IMG/VR virus record: IMGVR_UViG_2915168811_000001
Direction: 5' to 3' (one strand)
Source: a virus
DNA length: 64,000 bases
The translations under genes and the position numbers were made by a program. Below, in pieces: positions 1 to 9,649 of this stretch (the stretch's first letter is position 1; every line of letters starts with the position of its first letter). Below the pieces are notes generated by a model. It searched no databases. It had not been told where the DNA came from and saw nothing but the letters and a program-made list of their open reading frames with translations.

Positions 1-1
1 G

Positions 2-79
2 CTCAAAATCAACCAACTCGAGACCATCACCGACGACGTCATCGAAGCGGCCGCCAGCATCCTCGTCATCGGCAACTAA
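2..79 (+). CDS. C-terminal end of transposon-associated AAA ATPase (TniB/IstB-like), partial
   Basis: Frame 2 reads LKINQLETITDDVIEAAASILVIGN*, resembling the C-terminus of actinobacterial transposon ATPases; followed by a repeat-bearing end. Confidence 0.55.
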   Translation, partial: LKINQLETITDDVIEAAASILVIGN

Positions 80-81
80 CG

Positions 82-127
82 CCGCCAAGCGATCACAGAA
101 AACCGCCAACTAGCGATCAGATCCACA
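82..127. mobile_element. Probable transposon terminal end
   Basis: Two CCGCCAA..GCGATCA repeats (82-95, 103-119) ending in ...ATCCACA; a CA-3' end is typical of DDE/Mu/Tn7-like elements. Confidence 0.5.
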
Positions 128-276
128 GTTCCGGGGTCGGCTCCGCGGCCTAATTTCGTCCGGCAACCGATCGGCTAACGGACACGGGGGTGGACCGTGC
201 ATTGAGGGTCGCGGCATGGTGATGACGGTGCAGTGCCTGCGCCGCGGTCAAGAAAACCGAAACCGTGAGCTTCCGT

Positions 277-576
277 CTACAGCGGCGGCATCCCGAACGC
301 CCTTCGAGCGGCGTCGTCGAGCGCTTTCATCTCAGGCGTGAGCTCCGGCTTCGCCTCCTCCGCCAGAAGGAAGACGAGTCCGAGCGCGCGCGCGACGCTC
401 AGCACCTTCGCGAGTTCCGCGCGCGGGCTTTTGCCGGTCTCGAAGTTTGAGAGCCAGCGCTGCGAAACCTCAGCCTTGAGAGCGAGCTCCGCCTGGGTGA
501 GGCCTCGGTCAAGACGTTCATCCTTCAGGCGGTACCCGAAATCCTCGGTGCGCTTAATTTGTTCCCTGTAGGTCAT
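277..576 (-). CDS. XRE/HipB-like HTH transcriptional regulator
   Basis: RLDRGLTQAELALKAEVSQRWLSNFETGK HTH_3 pattern. Confidence 0.85.
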   Translation of the reverse strand: MTYREQIKRTEDFGYRLKDERLDRGLTQAELALKAEVSQRWLSNFETGKSPRAELAKVLSVARALGLVFLLAEEAKPELTPEMKALDDAARRAFGMPPL

Positions 577-579
577 AAT

Positions 580-595
580 TTGACCGTACGGTCAA
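580..595. promoter_or_regulatory. Perfect 16-bp palindrome, likely operator of the XRE gene
   Basis: TTGACCGTACGGTCAA immediately upstream of the 576 start. Confidence 0.6.
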
Positions 596-693
596 GAGTG
601 GGAATGTGCAAGTACCGTCAAGTCGCGGCCCGCCGACGAGCTGCCGTCGAACGCCTCAGCATCCAGCAGCGCCCTGTCGCCCATACTGAACTC

Positions 694-1119
694 ATGACGA
701 CTCCCGCTCCCTCCGTCGAGCATGCACGAGATGACTCACTTTCCATCGCAGTGTCGTCCGCGGTGATCGACGCCGTCGTCGCTGGCCGCGGCCTCGAGGC
801 GATTGAAGTGGCCGGGATCCCCTACGAGCTGGTGTGGACGGACTGCGTAGACCTGGGTACGTTCGATGACCAGCGTCAGGAGGTCGCCGCGGCGGGCGAG
901 CCGCAGCCGATCGTGATCGAGGTCGGCCTGGATGATGACGGGGCTCCGGTGCTGTCAGCCTGGATCGAATATCCGGCATCCCCCGCCGGACTGCGCTGGC
1001 TCACCGCCGCGGAATGGGAGGCGCTGTCGGCGCGCTGGGAGTCGGTGATGCACTGGCCGATGGGGGACGAGTTCGAAGCGGTGCTGTTCGGGGACGGTAT
1101 CGACGCCCCTTCGAGCTAA
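694..1119 (+). CDS. Hypothetical protein (leaderless)
   Basis: Acidic ORF; CATACT -10-like hexamer at 682-687, 6 nt before ATG. Confidence 0.65.
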   Translation: MTTPAPSVEHARDDSLSIAVSSAVIDAVVAGRGLEAIEVAGIPYELVWTDCVDLGTFDDQRQEVAAAGEPQPIVIEVGLDDDGAPVLSAWIEYPASPAGLRWLTAAEWEALSARWESVMHWPMGDEFEAVLFGDGIDAPSS

Positions 1120-1133
1120 GCGGCTCTGCCTGA

Positions 1134-1751
1134 TCAGATCAGCACGAGCTCCTGCTCGGCGGTGACTTTTGTTGCGTCGCCGATGAAGGTGCAGGATTTG
1201 GACCAGACGTTCCCCTTGACTTCCCCGGTCTCGGCGTTCTGAAGATGAACGCCGCTGTTGGGCGCCAGTGAGATGACCAGCCACTCGCCCGGCAGATCAG
1301 TGGCCCCGTTATTGACGGTGACGAGCGCGCCGACCTTCACTTTCCCGTCAGGGCTGAGCTTCGGGGCGACGTACGCTTTCGGCGTGCTCGCCTTCCTGCG
1401 TTTCGTCGGCCCGGCCGAGTTCGCGATCAGGAAGTTCTCCAGATCCTCACCTGTCGAGGTGCTGGTCGACTTCTCGATCCGGCTGTCGAAGGGCACGGTG
1501 CGGTCAGTGTCATCCCATTCATGTCCGTAGAACGTGACGTTCGCCCGGCTGTGCACGCTGCTGAGACTCCAAGACCCCCGTCCTTCGTATTGGTCGGAGC
1601 GGGTGGTTTTGAAGAAGTTGAACGTCCCGCGGCGCTGTGTGCCGTCCGCGTCAGTGACGATGACTCCGCAGCCGCTGTGGAGGCTGCGGAGCGTTTCTTG
1701 GTCAGTGACATGCTGCTGATCAAACCCGACTGTGTCGTTGAACGAAACCAT
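1134..1751 (-). CDS. Hypothetical protein
   Basis: ATG 1751 follows a minus-strand copy of the repeated element and a GAGGGAG RBS. Confidence 0.7.
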   Translation of the reverse strand: MVSFNDTVGFDQQHVTDQETLRSLHSGCGVIVTDADGTQRRGTFNFFKTTRSDQYEGRGSWSLSSVHSRANVTFYGHEWDDTDRTVPFDSRIEKSTSTSTGEDLENFLIANSAGPTKRRKASTPKAYVAPKLSPDGKVKVGALVTVNNGATDLPGEWLVISLAPNSGVHLQNAETGEVKGNVWSKSCTFIGDATKVTAEQELVLI

Positions 1752-1877
1752 GACTCCCTCACCTGCCGGCACCGCGCCGGCCTCTGGTGCAGTAATGCGC
1801 GGCGGAGTGCACGACCGCCTTCGGGTGCCGTGAATCGGTCCAGCTGGCGTCGGAACGCCTCCCGATACGATTTCGGC

Positions 1878-2570
1878 ATGTCGCTTTCTCTGATCCATTC
1901 CTCGGTGCATGAATACCGAGGCCAGATCCAACAGCGGTTGACGACCGGATACAAAGCCAACGGGAGGGGAACGGCATCGAAAAAGCTTGGGCCGCAGTCC
2001 TGGCACGAGCGGGAGCGCGTACAGCTCGGCGGCGAAGTCATCGACTTGCTCTACTTCGGCGGGCACGGAATTGAAGCGAACCCGGGCACGCTCGAGCTCC
2101 CGAAACACTCCAGCATGGATGGAGAGCTCAAGGCAGCATCCACCCTGCTGCTGCCTGACGCCTTGCCGGGCGATGTGAACGCCCGGCTCATCTACTTCGA
2201 CTCCTGCTACCAGGCAGGGCAGCTGGATGCCCTCGTTGCGAAGTTCCCGAGCACGTTGATGTTCGCGCAGTGCAGCGTCTCCAGCTTCGAGGGCGCCACC
2301 AACAACGCGCGCCGTCTCGCCCGCGCAATGGAGCTGCTGTTCGAAGAGGCTGGCGGTTTTCCTGATGACCCGGCGACGCTGCGCGCTGAGCTCGGGCGGG
2401 TCAGCGGCCGCGGCCACGACCCGCTGCCTACGCAGAACGCCCGCAAGTCGTTCGTGTTCTGCGGGCACTGGTCCGCTGGATCGCATCGAGCGCGGCCCGC
2501 AAACGGACCGCTGCAGCCCTCCCGTGAAAACTGCCTGCGAAAGACTGACTGGGAGCTGCCGCCAAGCTAG
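1878..2570 (+). CDS. Caspase/CHAT-fold (clan CD) peptidase-like protein
   Basis: LLYFGGHG ... IYFDSC His/Cys dyad motifs; TACGAT -10 six nt before ATG 1878. Confidence 0.55.
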   Translation: MSLSLIHSSVHEYRGQIQQRLTTGYKANGRGTASKKLGPQSWHERERVQLGGEVIDLLYFGGHGIEANPGTLELPKHSSMDGELKAASTLLLPDALPGDVNARLIYFDSCYQAGQLDALVAKFPSTLMFAQCSVSSFEGATNNARRLARAMELLFEEAGGFPDDPATLRAELGRVSGRGHDPLPTQNARKSFVFCGHWSAGSHRARPANGPLQPSRENCLRKTDWELPPS

Positions 2571-2593
2571 CTCGGCGGCAGCTCCCAAAAACC

Positions 2594-3397
2594 TCACGAG
2601 TGGTAGTCGAAGCTGACGAGCCAGCCCTGCGGCTTCGCGCCCTTCTTGAGGGTTTGCGTGGACACCAGCACTTCGATGTTCCCGTCATCAGGCAGTGGGC
2701 TTCCGACGCGGACAAGGATCTCAGGCCGCTCGGCGTCGCTGCCGCGCACGAGACGCGCGGTGATGGTCAGCTCACCGATGACGGGATTGTTCTGCGCGAG
2801 CTTAACTGCGGCCGCGGTGGCCTCCGCAACCGTAGCGGCCGCGCCCAGGCGCTCGATGGAATAGCGCGCATTCGCGTGGATTTCGTAGACCGTCTTCGTT
2901 TTCCCTTCAGTCCGTGAAGCGCGGGGCTTGCGCGCCTTCGGGAAAGACACGATCTCCAGCTCGCTGGCGGTGATGCCGTGCTGTTTGGCCACGAGGTCAG
3001 CCAGCGGGGGCATCTGCACGTCAGCGCTGGAACCCATGATCGCGGCGTAGTTCATCCCGCGCTGCGCGTAACGGATGCGTTCACTGCTGACCGCGACTTT
3101 CAGCTTCCGGGTCTTCACGTCGAAATCAGCTGCGGAATACACCGGAGTCACGGTGGAGTGCTTGAAGGCATCTCTCATTCCGGCGTCGCTATCTACATGC
3201 CGGTACGCCTGTTCCTCAGTCATCGGTGCGGTGAGCAACCCCTTCCCTTGACGGGGGTTCCCCCGGTCATTGTCGGGGTTGTTCGCCCAGCTCGACACCG
3301 CCGTTTCGACCAGGTCGACCAGGAAATTCCGGGCAGCCATGCGTTCCTGGCTGAACCCTTCGATCGAGATGAACTCGCTGTGCAGACCGTGTCCCAT
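2594..3397 (-). CDS. Hypothetical protein
   Basis: ATG 3397 downstream of the minus-strand element copy at 3443-3454. Confidence 0.7.
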   Translation of the reverse strand: MGHGLHSEFISIEGFSQERMAARNFLVDLVETAVSSWANNPDNDRGNPRQGKGLLTAPMTEEQAYRHVDSDAGMRDAFKHSTVTPVYSAADFDVKTRKLKVAVSSERIRYAQRGMNYAAIMGSSADVQMPPLADLVAKQHGITASELEIVSFPKARKPRASRTEGKTKTVYEIHANARYSIERLGAAATVAEATAAAVKLAQNNPVIGELTITARLVRGSDAERPEILVRVGSPLPDDGNIEVLVSTQTLKKGAKPQGWLVSFDYHS

Positions 3398-3550
3398 GAC
3401 GCGCTCGCTTTCGTTCGAGCCGCACCCTGCGACCCTCACCCCATTGATGCGCGGCGCACCCTCCGTGAGGACGCTCACCTGTCCAGTCGCGGGGCCGCGC
3501 ATCAGTGTGATGAAGCCGCACCAAGCGGCAGCGAGAGGATCTGGAAAACC
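3398..3550. promoter_or_regulatory. Back-to-back divergent pair of the repeated element
   Basis: Minus copy 3443-3454 and plus copy 3495-3506, each with hairpin and RBS, in front of divergent genes. Confidence 0.75.
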
Positions 3551-4375
3551 ATGCAGCTCGACCACAAACTTGAAGTGCTCGACGCGGTCGCTCCCCTTGA
3601 GCTCAGCCCGATGATGCTCGTGGAGTACGGTTCGCGCGCGTACGGCACCGCAACCGATCAGTCCGACCATGACCTGCTTGGCGTCTTTGTTGAGTCTGAC
3701 GCGGAACTGTACGGACTGGATACCGCCGCCACCTGCAATTTCCGGCTTCGGCGCGACGGCCGCCTCGAGAAGATGGGGGTTTCCGCGAACGAAGCGAAGT
3801 CCGCCCATGACGTCGTTGAGATGCACTTCCACCCCTTGCGGAAATACGTGTCCCTCGCCGCGGCCGGCAACCCCACTGTGCTCAGCACCCTTTGGACTGA
3901 CCTGGGCGGCGAGGACAGCATCTTGGCTGGCGACGCCGCAGAGAAGCTGACCGCGAATCGGGACCTGTTCCTGTCCAAGCATGCCGCGTACCGTCACGCC
4001 GGGTACGCGCGCAGCCAGCGCGAGGCGATGCTCGGCCTCTCGAACCAGCGGACCAGCCGCCCGGACCTAGTGGAGGCGCACGGCTACGACGTGAAGTACG
4101 CCTCGCACATGATCCGCATTCTGATCTCCGGACTCGACCTGGTCCACGACCGGACGTACCATCTGCCGATGAAGGATGAGCACCTGGAGTTGCTCCGGGA
4201 GATCCGAGACGGGCAGTACAGCTGCGACGACGCAGTGGCGATGTCCGAGAAGCTGGAACACGACCTCGTCACCGCGGCTGAGGATTCCTCCCTCCCCGAG
4301 TCGGTTGACTTCACGAAGCTGAACGCGCTTCTGAAAGAGGTCCGCCACCGGCACTTCGGGGCGCTTTCCAGCTGA
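3551..4375 (+). CDS. Pol-beta superfamily nucleotidyltransferase (YcgL/RlaP-like)
   Basis: YGSRAYG...SDHD motif, GNP, YDVKYASHMIR. Confidence 0.85.
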   Translation: MQLDHKLEVLDAVAPLELSPMMLVEYGSRAYGTATDQSDHDLLGVFVESDAELYGLDTAATCNFRLRRDGRLEKMGVSANEAKSAHDVVEMHFHPLRKYVSLAAAGNPTVLSTLWTDLGGEDSILAGDAAEKLTANRDLFLSKHAAYRHAGYARSQREAMLGLSNQRTSRPDLVEAHGYDVKYASHMIRILISGLDLVHDRTYHLPMKDEHLELLREIRDGQYSCDDAVAMSEKLEHDLVTAAEDSSLPESVDFTKLNALLKEVRHRHFGALSS

Positions 4376-4455
4376 AGGTAACTCGGTCTGGAGACGCAAC
4401 GCCCACCGCGCATCAGTGAAGTGAGGCCGCACGGTGCGGCCCGTGAGAGGGCATC

Positions 4456-4866
4456 ATGCGTTTCAGTGCAGAAAATCCAGACCGGTTCAACGCGCTTCAG
4501 TACGCGAACGACGACACCAGTAACGCGTACAGCATGGGCGCGCTGTCGGTCATCAATAAGGTGGTTGCAACGGGCGAGGTGGGCGAGGATTTCATCGTTA
4601 AGGTCAACCGCATCGGGATCCGGAAGGGCCAGGACTCAATCCGCAACATAGACGACTTGGAGTCAGGAACCGAAGGGTTCTACGTCAGCGTCGCCGTCCG
4701 CGTTGACACTTTCGGCCCTAATGATGTCACTGAGGCGATGTCGAAGCTAGAGAAAGAGATCCTCGATGACCTGCGCAGCGCGAAGCTAGCTGCAGCCGAT
4801 GCCGAGGTGGAAGCGCTCAGCAAGAAGCTCGCCGCCGCCGAAGCGGCGCGCGCACGCCTGAACTAA
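4456..4866 (+). CDS. Hypothetical protein with C-terminal coiled coil
   Basis: ORF after element copy 4406. Confidence 0.7.
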   Translation: MRFSAENPDRFNALQYANDDTSNAYSMGALSVINKVVATGEVGEDFIVKVNRIGIRKGQDSIRNIDDLESGTEGFYVSVAVRVDTFGPNDVTEAMSKLEKEILDDLRSAKLAAADAEVEALSKKLAAAEAARARLN

Positions 4867-5094
4867 ACAGAATCTGGCCACCGCGCACTGAACTTCGAGA
4901 TTGACCGACTGAACGCGCTCGAGAACCACGCGAAAGTTGAGCGGGATCGTCTGCGCGTATCCCGCTGATCTCGAAGCGGTCGCCGACGAGTAACCGCGCA
5001 TGGATACAGGTGAGGCCGCAGGGAGCGGCCCTTCATCTGAATGGAACGCGCGCATGAACTGCTGCAGGAATAACTTCACCCGGACGGTCAAGCG

Positions 5095-5958
5095 ATGAAT
5101 CGGCTGGTGCGATCCGCTCTCTCGATCGTGAGTGCTTCGGTCGTCGTCTCATGACTTGCCTCCCCGTTCCAGGTGGAGATGCTGTCGGTCGAAACCATGA
5201 GCTCCGTTGTGCGCAGCACGGTGTCGGACGTGCACCGCATCGCGAGCGTGCGGGATGCCCGCGCCGCCCGCGATGACCTGGCCGCCCGAAGCGTGGAGGT
5301 CACGGCCCTCGTCGCGCAGCCGTCCGAGACCGGAGATCTGATCGATACGGCTGCGAACCGTCTGACTTTGGCGCTCAGAGGAGCCGACCAAATCTCGGCG
5401 GTGCCCGATTCATTACTGCTTGAGTTCAGCACCGTGCCGACATACGAATCATCAGTCGCGCTCGACCCTGTGGTGGTCGCTGGCGAAGAGCTTGAAGCGA
5501 GCTTCGCGGCATGGGAGCAGGCGATTGCTGACACTCGCGCCGAGCGTGAGGCGCAGGAAGCCCAGGCTTCAGCGGAGGCGGAACTTGCCGCGCGTGCCAC
5601 ACAGCCTTCAACCTCCACACCTCAGCCAAGCACCGCCGCTGCCAACTACACGGTGTATCCGGCCGGCACTGGCGGGCAGGCGCTCGTTGACACATGCGCC
5701 GGCCCGGTCTGGTTCGAAAGCCTCCCCTCCTATCTCGCTGAGCACTGGCATTGCGGCGGGGCGAGCTTCCCGAAGAACGCCGGCGCGATCATTGACGTAG
5801 CCGGGGTCGGCACGTTCGTCTCCCAGGGGGTCATCGTTCAGCTCGACGGCTTCAACTCGACGATCAATGACGTCCCGCCTGGCTACGACCTGTACTACCA
5901 AACCTACCTCCGCATGAACCCAAGCACCACCTTGATCCTCGGGCTCATGCGGAGGTAG
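5095..5958 (+). pseudogene. Secreted protein with sortase-like C-terminal domain, nonsense codon in signal peptide
   Basis: MNRLVRSALSIVSASVVVS*LASPFQ: in-frame TGA at 5152-5154; LAEHWHCGG and LYYQTY (QTC expected). Confidence 0.5.
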
Positions 5959-6067
5959 CGCCGCCGCATCGCCGCACAGCCTGACGGTATTTCCGATCGA
6001 CTGCCGCAACGCCCACCGCGCATCACTGTGGTGAGGCCGCACCCCGCGGCCAAGATCTGGAGCACCC

Positions 6068-6394
6068 GTGTCCCTGCAGTTCATCCTCATTCCCGCCGAC
6101 GATGCGGCCCCGCGCTCAATCCTCACAGTCGAGGATCCGGAGCAGACCCTCGAGATCCTGCAGACGGCAGTGGGAGGGAACATCGAGTTCATCGACCTCG
6201 TCGCCCCGGACGCGAACATGTACCTCAACGAGGAAGGCAAGCTGCTCGGCCTGCCGCTCAACAACCGCGCCACGACGCTCGCCCGCAAGAGCATCCCGAT
6301 GGGTGATTTCATCGTTGGCGACGTCGTCATTGTTGGTGCGATCGACGACAGCGGCGACGAAACTTCCGCGCCACCAGCGCTCCTGAACGAGTAG
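6068..6394 (+). CDS. DUF3846 family protein
   Basis: LQTAVGGNIE...YLNEEGKLLGLPLNNRAT...IVGDVVI. Confidence 0.8.
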   Translation: MSLQFILIPADDAAPRSILTVEDPEQTLEILQTAVGGNIEFIDLVAPDANMYLNEEGKLLGLPLNNRATTLARKSIPMGDFIVGDVVIVGAIDDSGDETSAPPALLNE

Positions 6395-6529
6395 CGCCAT
6401 CGTCACGGACTGCGTCGACGACGGACAAGTCCAGCTGCTCCCCTCTGACTCCTAGCGTCCCTGTGCCGCGCGGCCGCGCATCACTGTGGTGAGGCCGCAC
6501 CGCGCGGCATGTGAGAGGACAGCCTGAAC

Positions 6530-7228
6530 ATGCGAGTAGTACAACCCATCAGCTCAGAGCCTGGGAACTTGGGCGGAGACCGCCGCGATACCCACCCTGC
6601 CTTCGGGACCGCAGTCGTCACCCGATCTCAGGGGACCGGGACCGCACTGTTTCAGAGCGACGTGAAGCATAACCACACGATCGTTCTTGCGATCAACCGG
6701 GCTGAACGAATTCGAGGGCTGAACATCGATCGCGTCCACTCGCGGGACAACCTTGTCGAGATTGAGATGAGCACCGCCCAGTGGGGCGCGCTTATCTCTT
6801 CGATCGGCATGGGTTCAGGTGTTCCGGTCACCATTCGAAGAACTGAGTCCGTACCGACGCTGCCTGACATTCCGTATGAGCCACGCCTTGCTGAGAACCT
6901 CTCCGAGGTCAGTGACGCAGTCACACGCATCTTGGCTCAGGCCCGTGCTTCGACCGAGAAACTCGAGTCAGCGATCACGGACAAGCAGGGCGCCAAGGCT
7001 ATCCGCGAAGCGCTTAGCTCGCTGAACGCAGCGCTCGGAAATGCTGAGAACAACGCCAAGTTCGCCGTCACCTCGTTGGAGCGCGCCGCCGAGCATGTTG
7101 TGTCTCAGGCGCGCAGCGACATCGAGGCGCACATGTATCAGACAGCTCAGACCAGCGGTCTAGCTTCACCGATTCAGATGCCCGAATTTGGCAGCACCGC
7201 CGCCATTGAACCGACCCCAGAGGGGTAG
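6530..7228 (+). CDS. Phage-type hypothetical protein
   Basis: HPAFG...LFQSD...EIEMSTAQWG; after element copy 6474. Confidence 0.7.
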   Translation: MRVVQPISSEPGNLGGDRRDTHPAFGTAVVTRSQGTGTALFQSDVKHNHTIVLAINRAERIRGLNIDRVHSRDNLVEIEMSTAQWGALISSIGMGSGVPVTIRRTESVPTLPDIPYEPRLAENLSEVSDAVTRILAQARASTEKLESAITDKQGAKAIREALSSLNAALGNAENNAKFAVTSLERAAEHVVSQARSDIEAHMYQTAQTSGLASPIQMPEFGSTAAIEPTPEG

Positions 7229-7303
7229 CGATCTCTCAATAGCCAGAATCCCGGCCGCGCATCAATGCAGTGAGGCTGCACCGCGCAGCCGGAACAGGAA
7301 GCC

Positions 7304-7891
7304 ATGACCCGCCAGTCCGCCGCACCGCTCCAGCATCAGTCGCTGTCACCGTCGAACCGCACCGCGCGCGAGCTGGTGCGCCTGCTGGTTGACGCCGGTG
7401 ACCTCTCCCCCGCGTACCAGCGCGGTTCGGTGTGGAATAACGACCAGCGCATCGGCCTGATCCGCTCCTGGCTGCTCGGCGTCCCGATCCCGTCGATCAT
7501 GCTGAGCAACCGAGTCAGCTCCCGCACGTGGCCCACGGACGCCGGCGGCTGGCCCGAGGGCGGGTACGAGCTCGCCGTGATCGACGGCAAGCAGCGCGTC
7601 GAGACCGCGCTCATGTGGTTCAGCGGTGAGCTCGCCGTACCGGCATCCTGGTTCCCTTCCGAGCACATCGAATTGACAGTCAACACGAACGACGGCCCGT
7701 ATGTCACCTTCGACCGACTCACCGCGGTCGGGCAGCGGCTGTTCGGAAACCGCGCCACGCTCCCCGTAGTGGAAGCGTGCGTCGGATCTGTCGAAGAGGA
7801 AGCAGCGCTCTACCTGCTCGTGAACGGCGCCGGCACTGCGCAGAACGATCAGGACATGGCGAACGCTCGCTTGGTGGTGTCCGGCGGGTAG
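7304..7891 (+). CDS. Stand-alone DUF262 (ParB/Srx-like, GmrS-type) protein
   Basis: PAYQRGSVW...LIRSWLLGVPIPSI...VIDGKQR. Confidence 0.85.
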   Translation: MTRQSAAPLQHQSLSPSNRTARELVRLLVDAGDLSPAYQRGSVWNNDQRIGLIRSWLLGVPIPSIMLSNRVSSRTWPTDAGGWPEGGYELAVIDGKQRVETALMWFSGELAVPASWFPSEHIELTVNTNDGPYVTFDRLTAVGQRLFGNRATLPVVEACVGSVEEEAALYLLVNGAGTAQNDQDMANARLVVSGG

Positions 7892-7931
7892 GGCGACAAC
7901 GATTCACGAGCAGAGATATGGTGGTGAAACC

Positions 7932-8366
7932 ATGAATGCAGAGACTGTTCCCGACAGCGCACCCGACCGCTTCGGTTCGTTGAGCGAAGCTTTCCAGGCT
8001 CGGCAGACATCTCTGGTGAATCGAGAGTTCCTGCAGCATCTGATCGGTCATGTCCCGATCTCCGAAATCGTGGATCTGGCAAGCTATATCAAAGTGGTAC
8101 GAGCTGATGGCGGACCGGATCTGAGGATCAGCGCTGGTTACACCAATGGGTTCGCTGCGGAGTCTGAAATCCGTTCTCGGTTCCCTGACGCTGAAACATG
8201 GAGATCAAGCGCCCGGACCGGGCTTTGGGGCGTTACCCATCCGGAGAATGGGATGTTGAACGCTGCAGGCCGTGAGAACGGATCGCAGCCCGCCCGCGAT
8301 CTGGAACCCTGCCCGAACTGCTTCATCTTGATGGACGTCACCGGGGTCTGTGCGCGCTGCGAGTGA
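7932..8366 (+). CDS. Hypothetical protein with C-terminal Zn finger
   Basis: CPNC...CARC at C-terminus. Confidence 0.65.
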   Translation: MNAETVPDSAPDRFGSLSEAFQARQTSLVNREFLQHLIGHVPISEIVDLASYIKVVRADGGPDLRISAGYTNGFAAESEIRSRFPDAETWRSSARTGLWGVTHPENGMLNAAGRENGSQPARDLEPCPNCFILMDVTGVCARCE

Positions 8367-8486
8367 CTGTTGCGTTGACGTTGGACGGGTTCGGCCTCTC
8401 TGTTTTCTGCCCCCGCGGTCCGAGGTTTCACGCCGCGCATCTTTAGGTTGAGGCCGCACCGTGAGGCTGAGATCTGGAGTCATCGA

Positions 8487-8954
8487 GTGACCGAGCACAC
8501 CCACGACCCCCGACCACTCATCCGGCTTTCACACGACGAGGATACGCTGGACAAGCTTCGCGCTCGTGTCGTCTCCGAGGTGCTCCCAGCACTGACTCGA
8601 GCAATGGAGCCGATCGCTCAAGACGTCGCTGCCGAGCATGGTCTTACCGCCGAGGACACCGGCATCGTGATGGCACGTCTGGTTGCTGAATGTACCGATC
8701 TACACCGCTGGGTCATGGCGGGCCAGCTTCGCGCAGCAGGGGCGCCCATCCGTTCGGTCGTGTCCGGGCTTGGGTACGCGTCGAACACATCGGTGCAGCG
8801 CCAAATCGGTACGGCGGAACAGCCAGGACTTATTCGCAGAGCTGAAACTGCCTCTCGGCTGAGTGTCACAACTGGCACTCAGCAGGAAGTAGTCGACGAT
8901 TCAGGATCCTGGAGCTTTTCGGTTGCAGCACCGCACCGCGCATCACTGGGGTAG
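8487..8954 (+). CDS. Hypothetical protein, possible HTH
   Basis: GTG after GGAG RBS of element copy 8433; stop lies inside the next element copy. Confidence 0.65.
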   Translation: MTEHTHDPRPLIRLSHDEDTLDKLRARVVSEVLPALTRAMEPIAQDVAAEHGLTAEDTGIVMARLVAECTDLHRWVMAGQLRAAGAPIRSVVSGLGYASNTSVQRQIGTAEQPGLIRRAETASRLSVTTGTQQEVVDDSGSWSFSVAAPHRASLG

Positions 8955-8990
8955 GGCCGGGATCTTCCGGCCGTTGACCTTGGAGTTGCC

Positions 8991-9571
8991 GTGACTGAAC
9001 AGATTGCCCACAAAACCACTGACCCTCGAGTGATCGAGTGGCTGACGAATTTCCGTGCCATGCAGGACGCAGCGGACGCCAAGATGATTGCGCTGCCGGG
9101 GGCGTTCACTGAGATGTTCGGCCCGCGCGCGGACGGCGTCAAGCGCAGTCTGGTGCGGTTCTTCCGGCACGGATCGGACCTGATCATTCACGGCGTGATC
9201 GCGGAGGGCTCCGACCTCGCTGACCCGCCTGAGGGGACCCGGTTCGAAGGGAAGAATGTCATGGTCGGGCGGCGCACCACCAAGATCGGCAAGGCGTACG
9301 CGGCACTGATCTCCCAGCATTCAAGCCGGAATGTGGCTGCCGGAGCGCGTGCGGTCGGTTTCGCTGACGAGTTCACGGTTCCCGGATTCCGGCAGTGGGG
9401 CGACATCTTCCTGGACGAAGACACCGGGACGGTATTCCAGGTCGCCGGAGTGCGCGACGGCACCGAGTCGGCTGTCCTCGCGATCATCGAGCGGTCCGGT
9501 GTCCCTGGGAGCGCGCGAAACTGTCGGAGTTCTACGCCGCGAAGGAGCGCTGCGACGCGGCCGGGAAGTAG
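8991..9571 (+). pseudogene. Hypothetical protein, frameshifted near 9503; paralog of 11207-11803
   Basis: Adding 1 nt at GTCCCTGGG restores ...WERAKLSEFYAAKERCDAAGK*, matching the paralog C-terminus SEFYAAVERHDDAAK. Confidence 0.7.
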
Positions 9572-9649
9572 CTGCGGTCCCGCCTCTCGCCGAACGCACC
9601 GCGCATCACTGTCTCCAAAGGGGCAGCATCGCGCAGCCCCGCATGAGCA

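Noticed and set aside
1752-4000. Long N-terminal extensions of ORFs 1134-2597, 1521-2570, 2594-3997 and 2978-4375
   Set aside because: They overlap real genes on the opposite strand; the repeat, RBS or -10 positions define shorter starts (1751, 1878, 3397, 3551)
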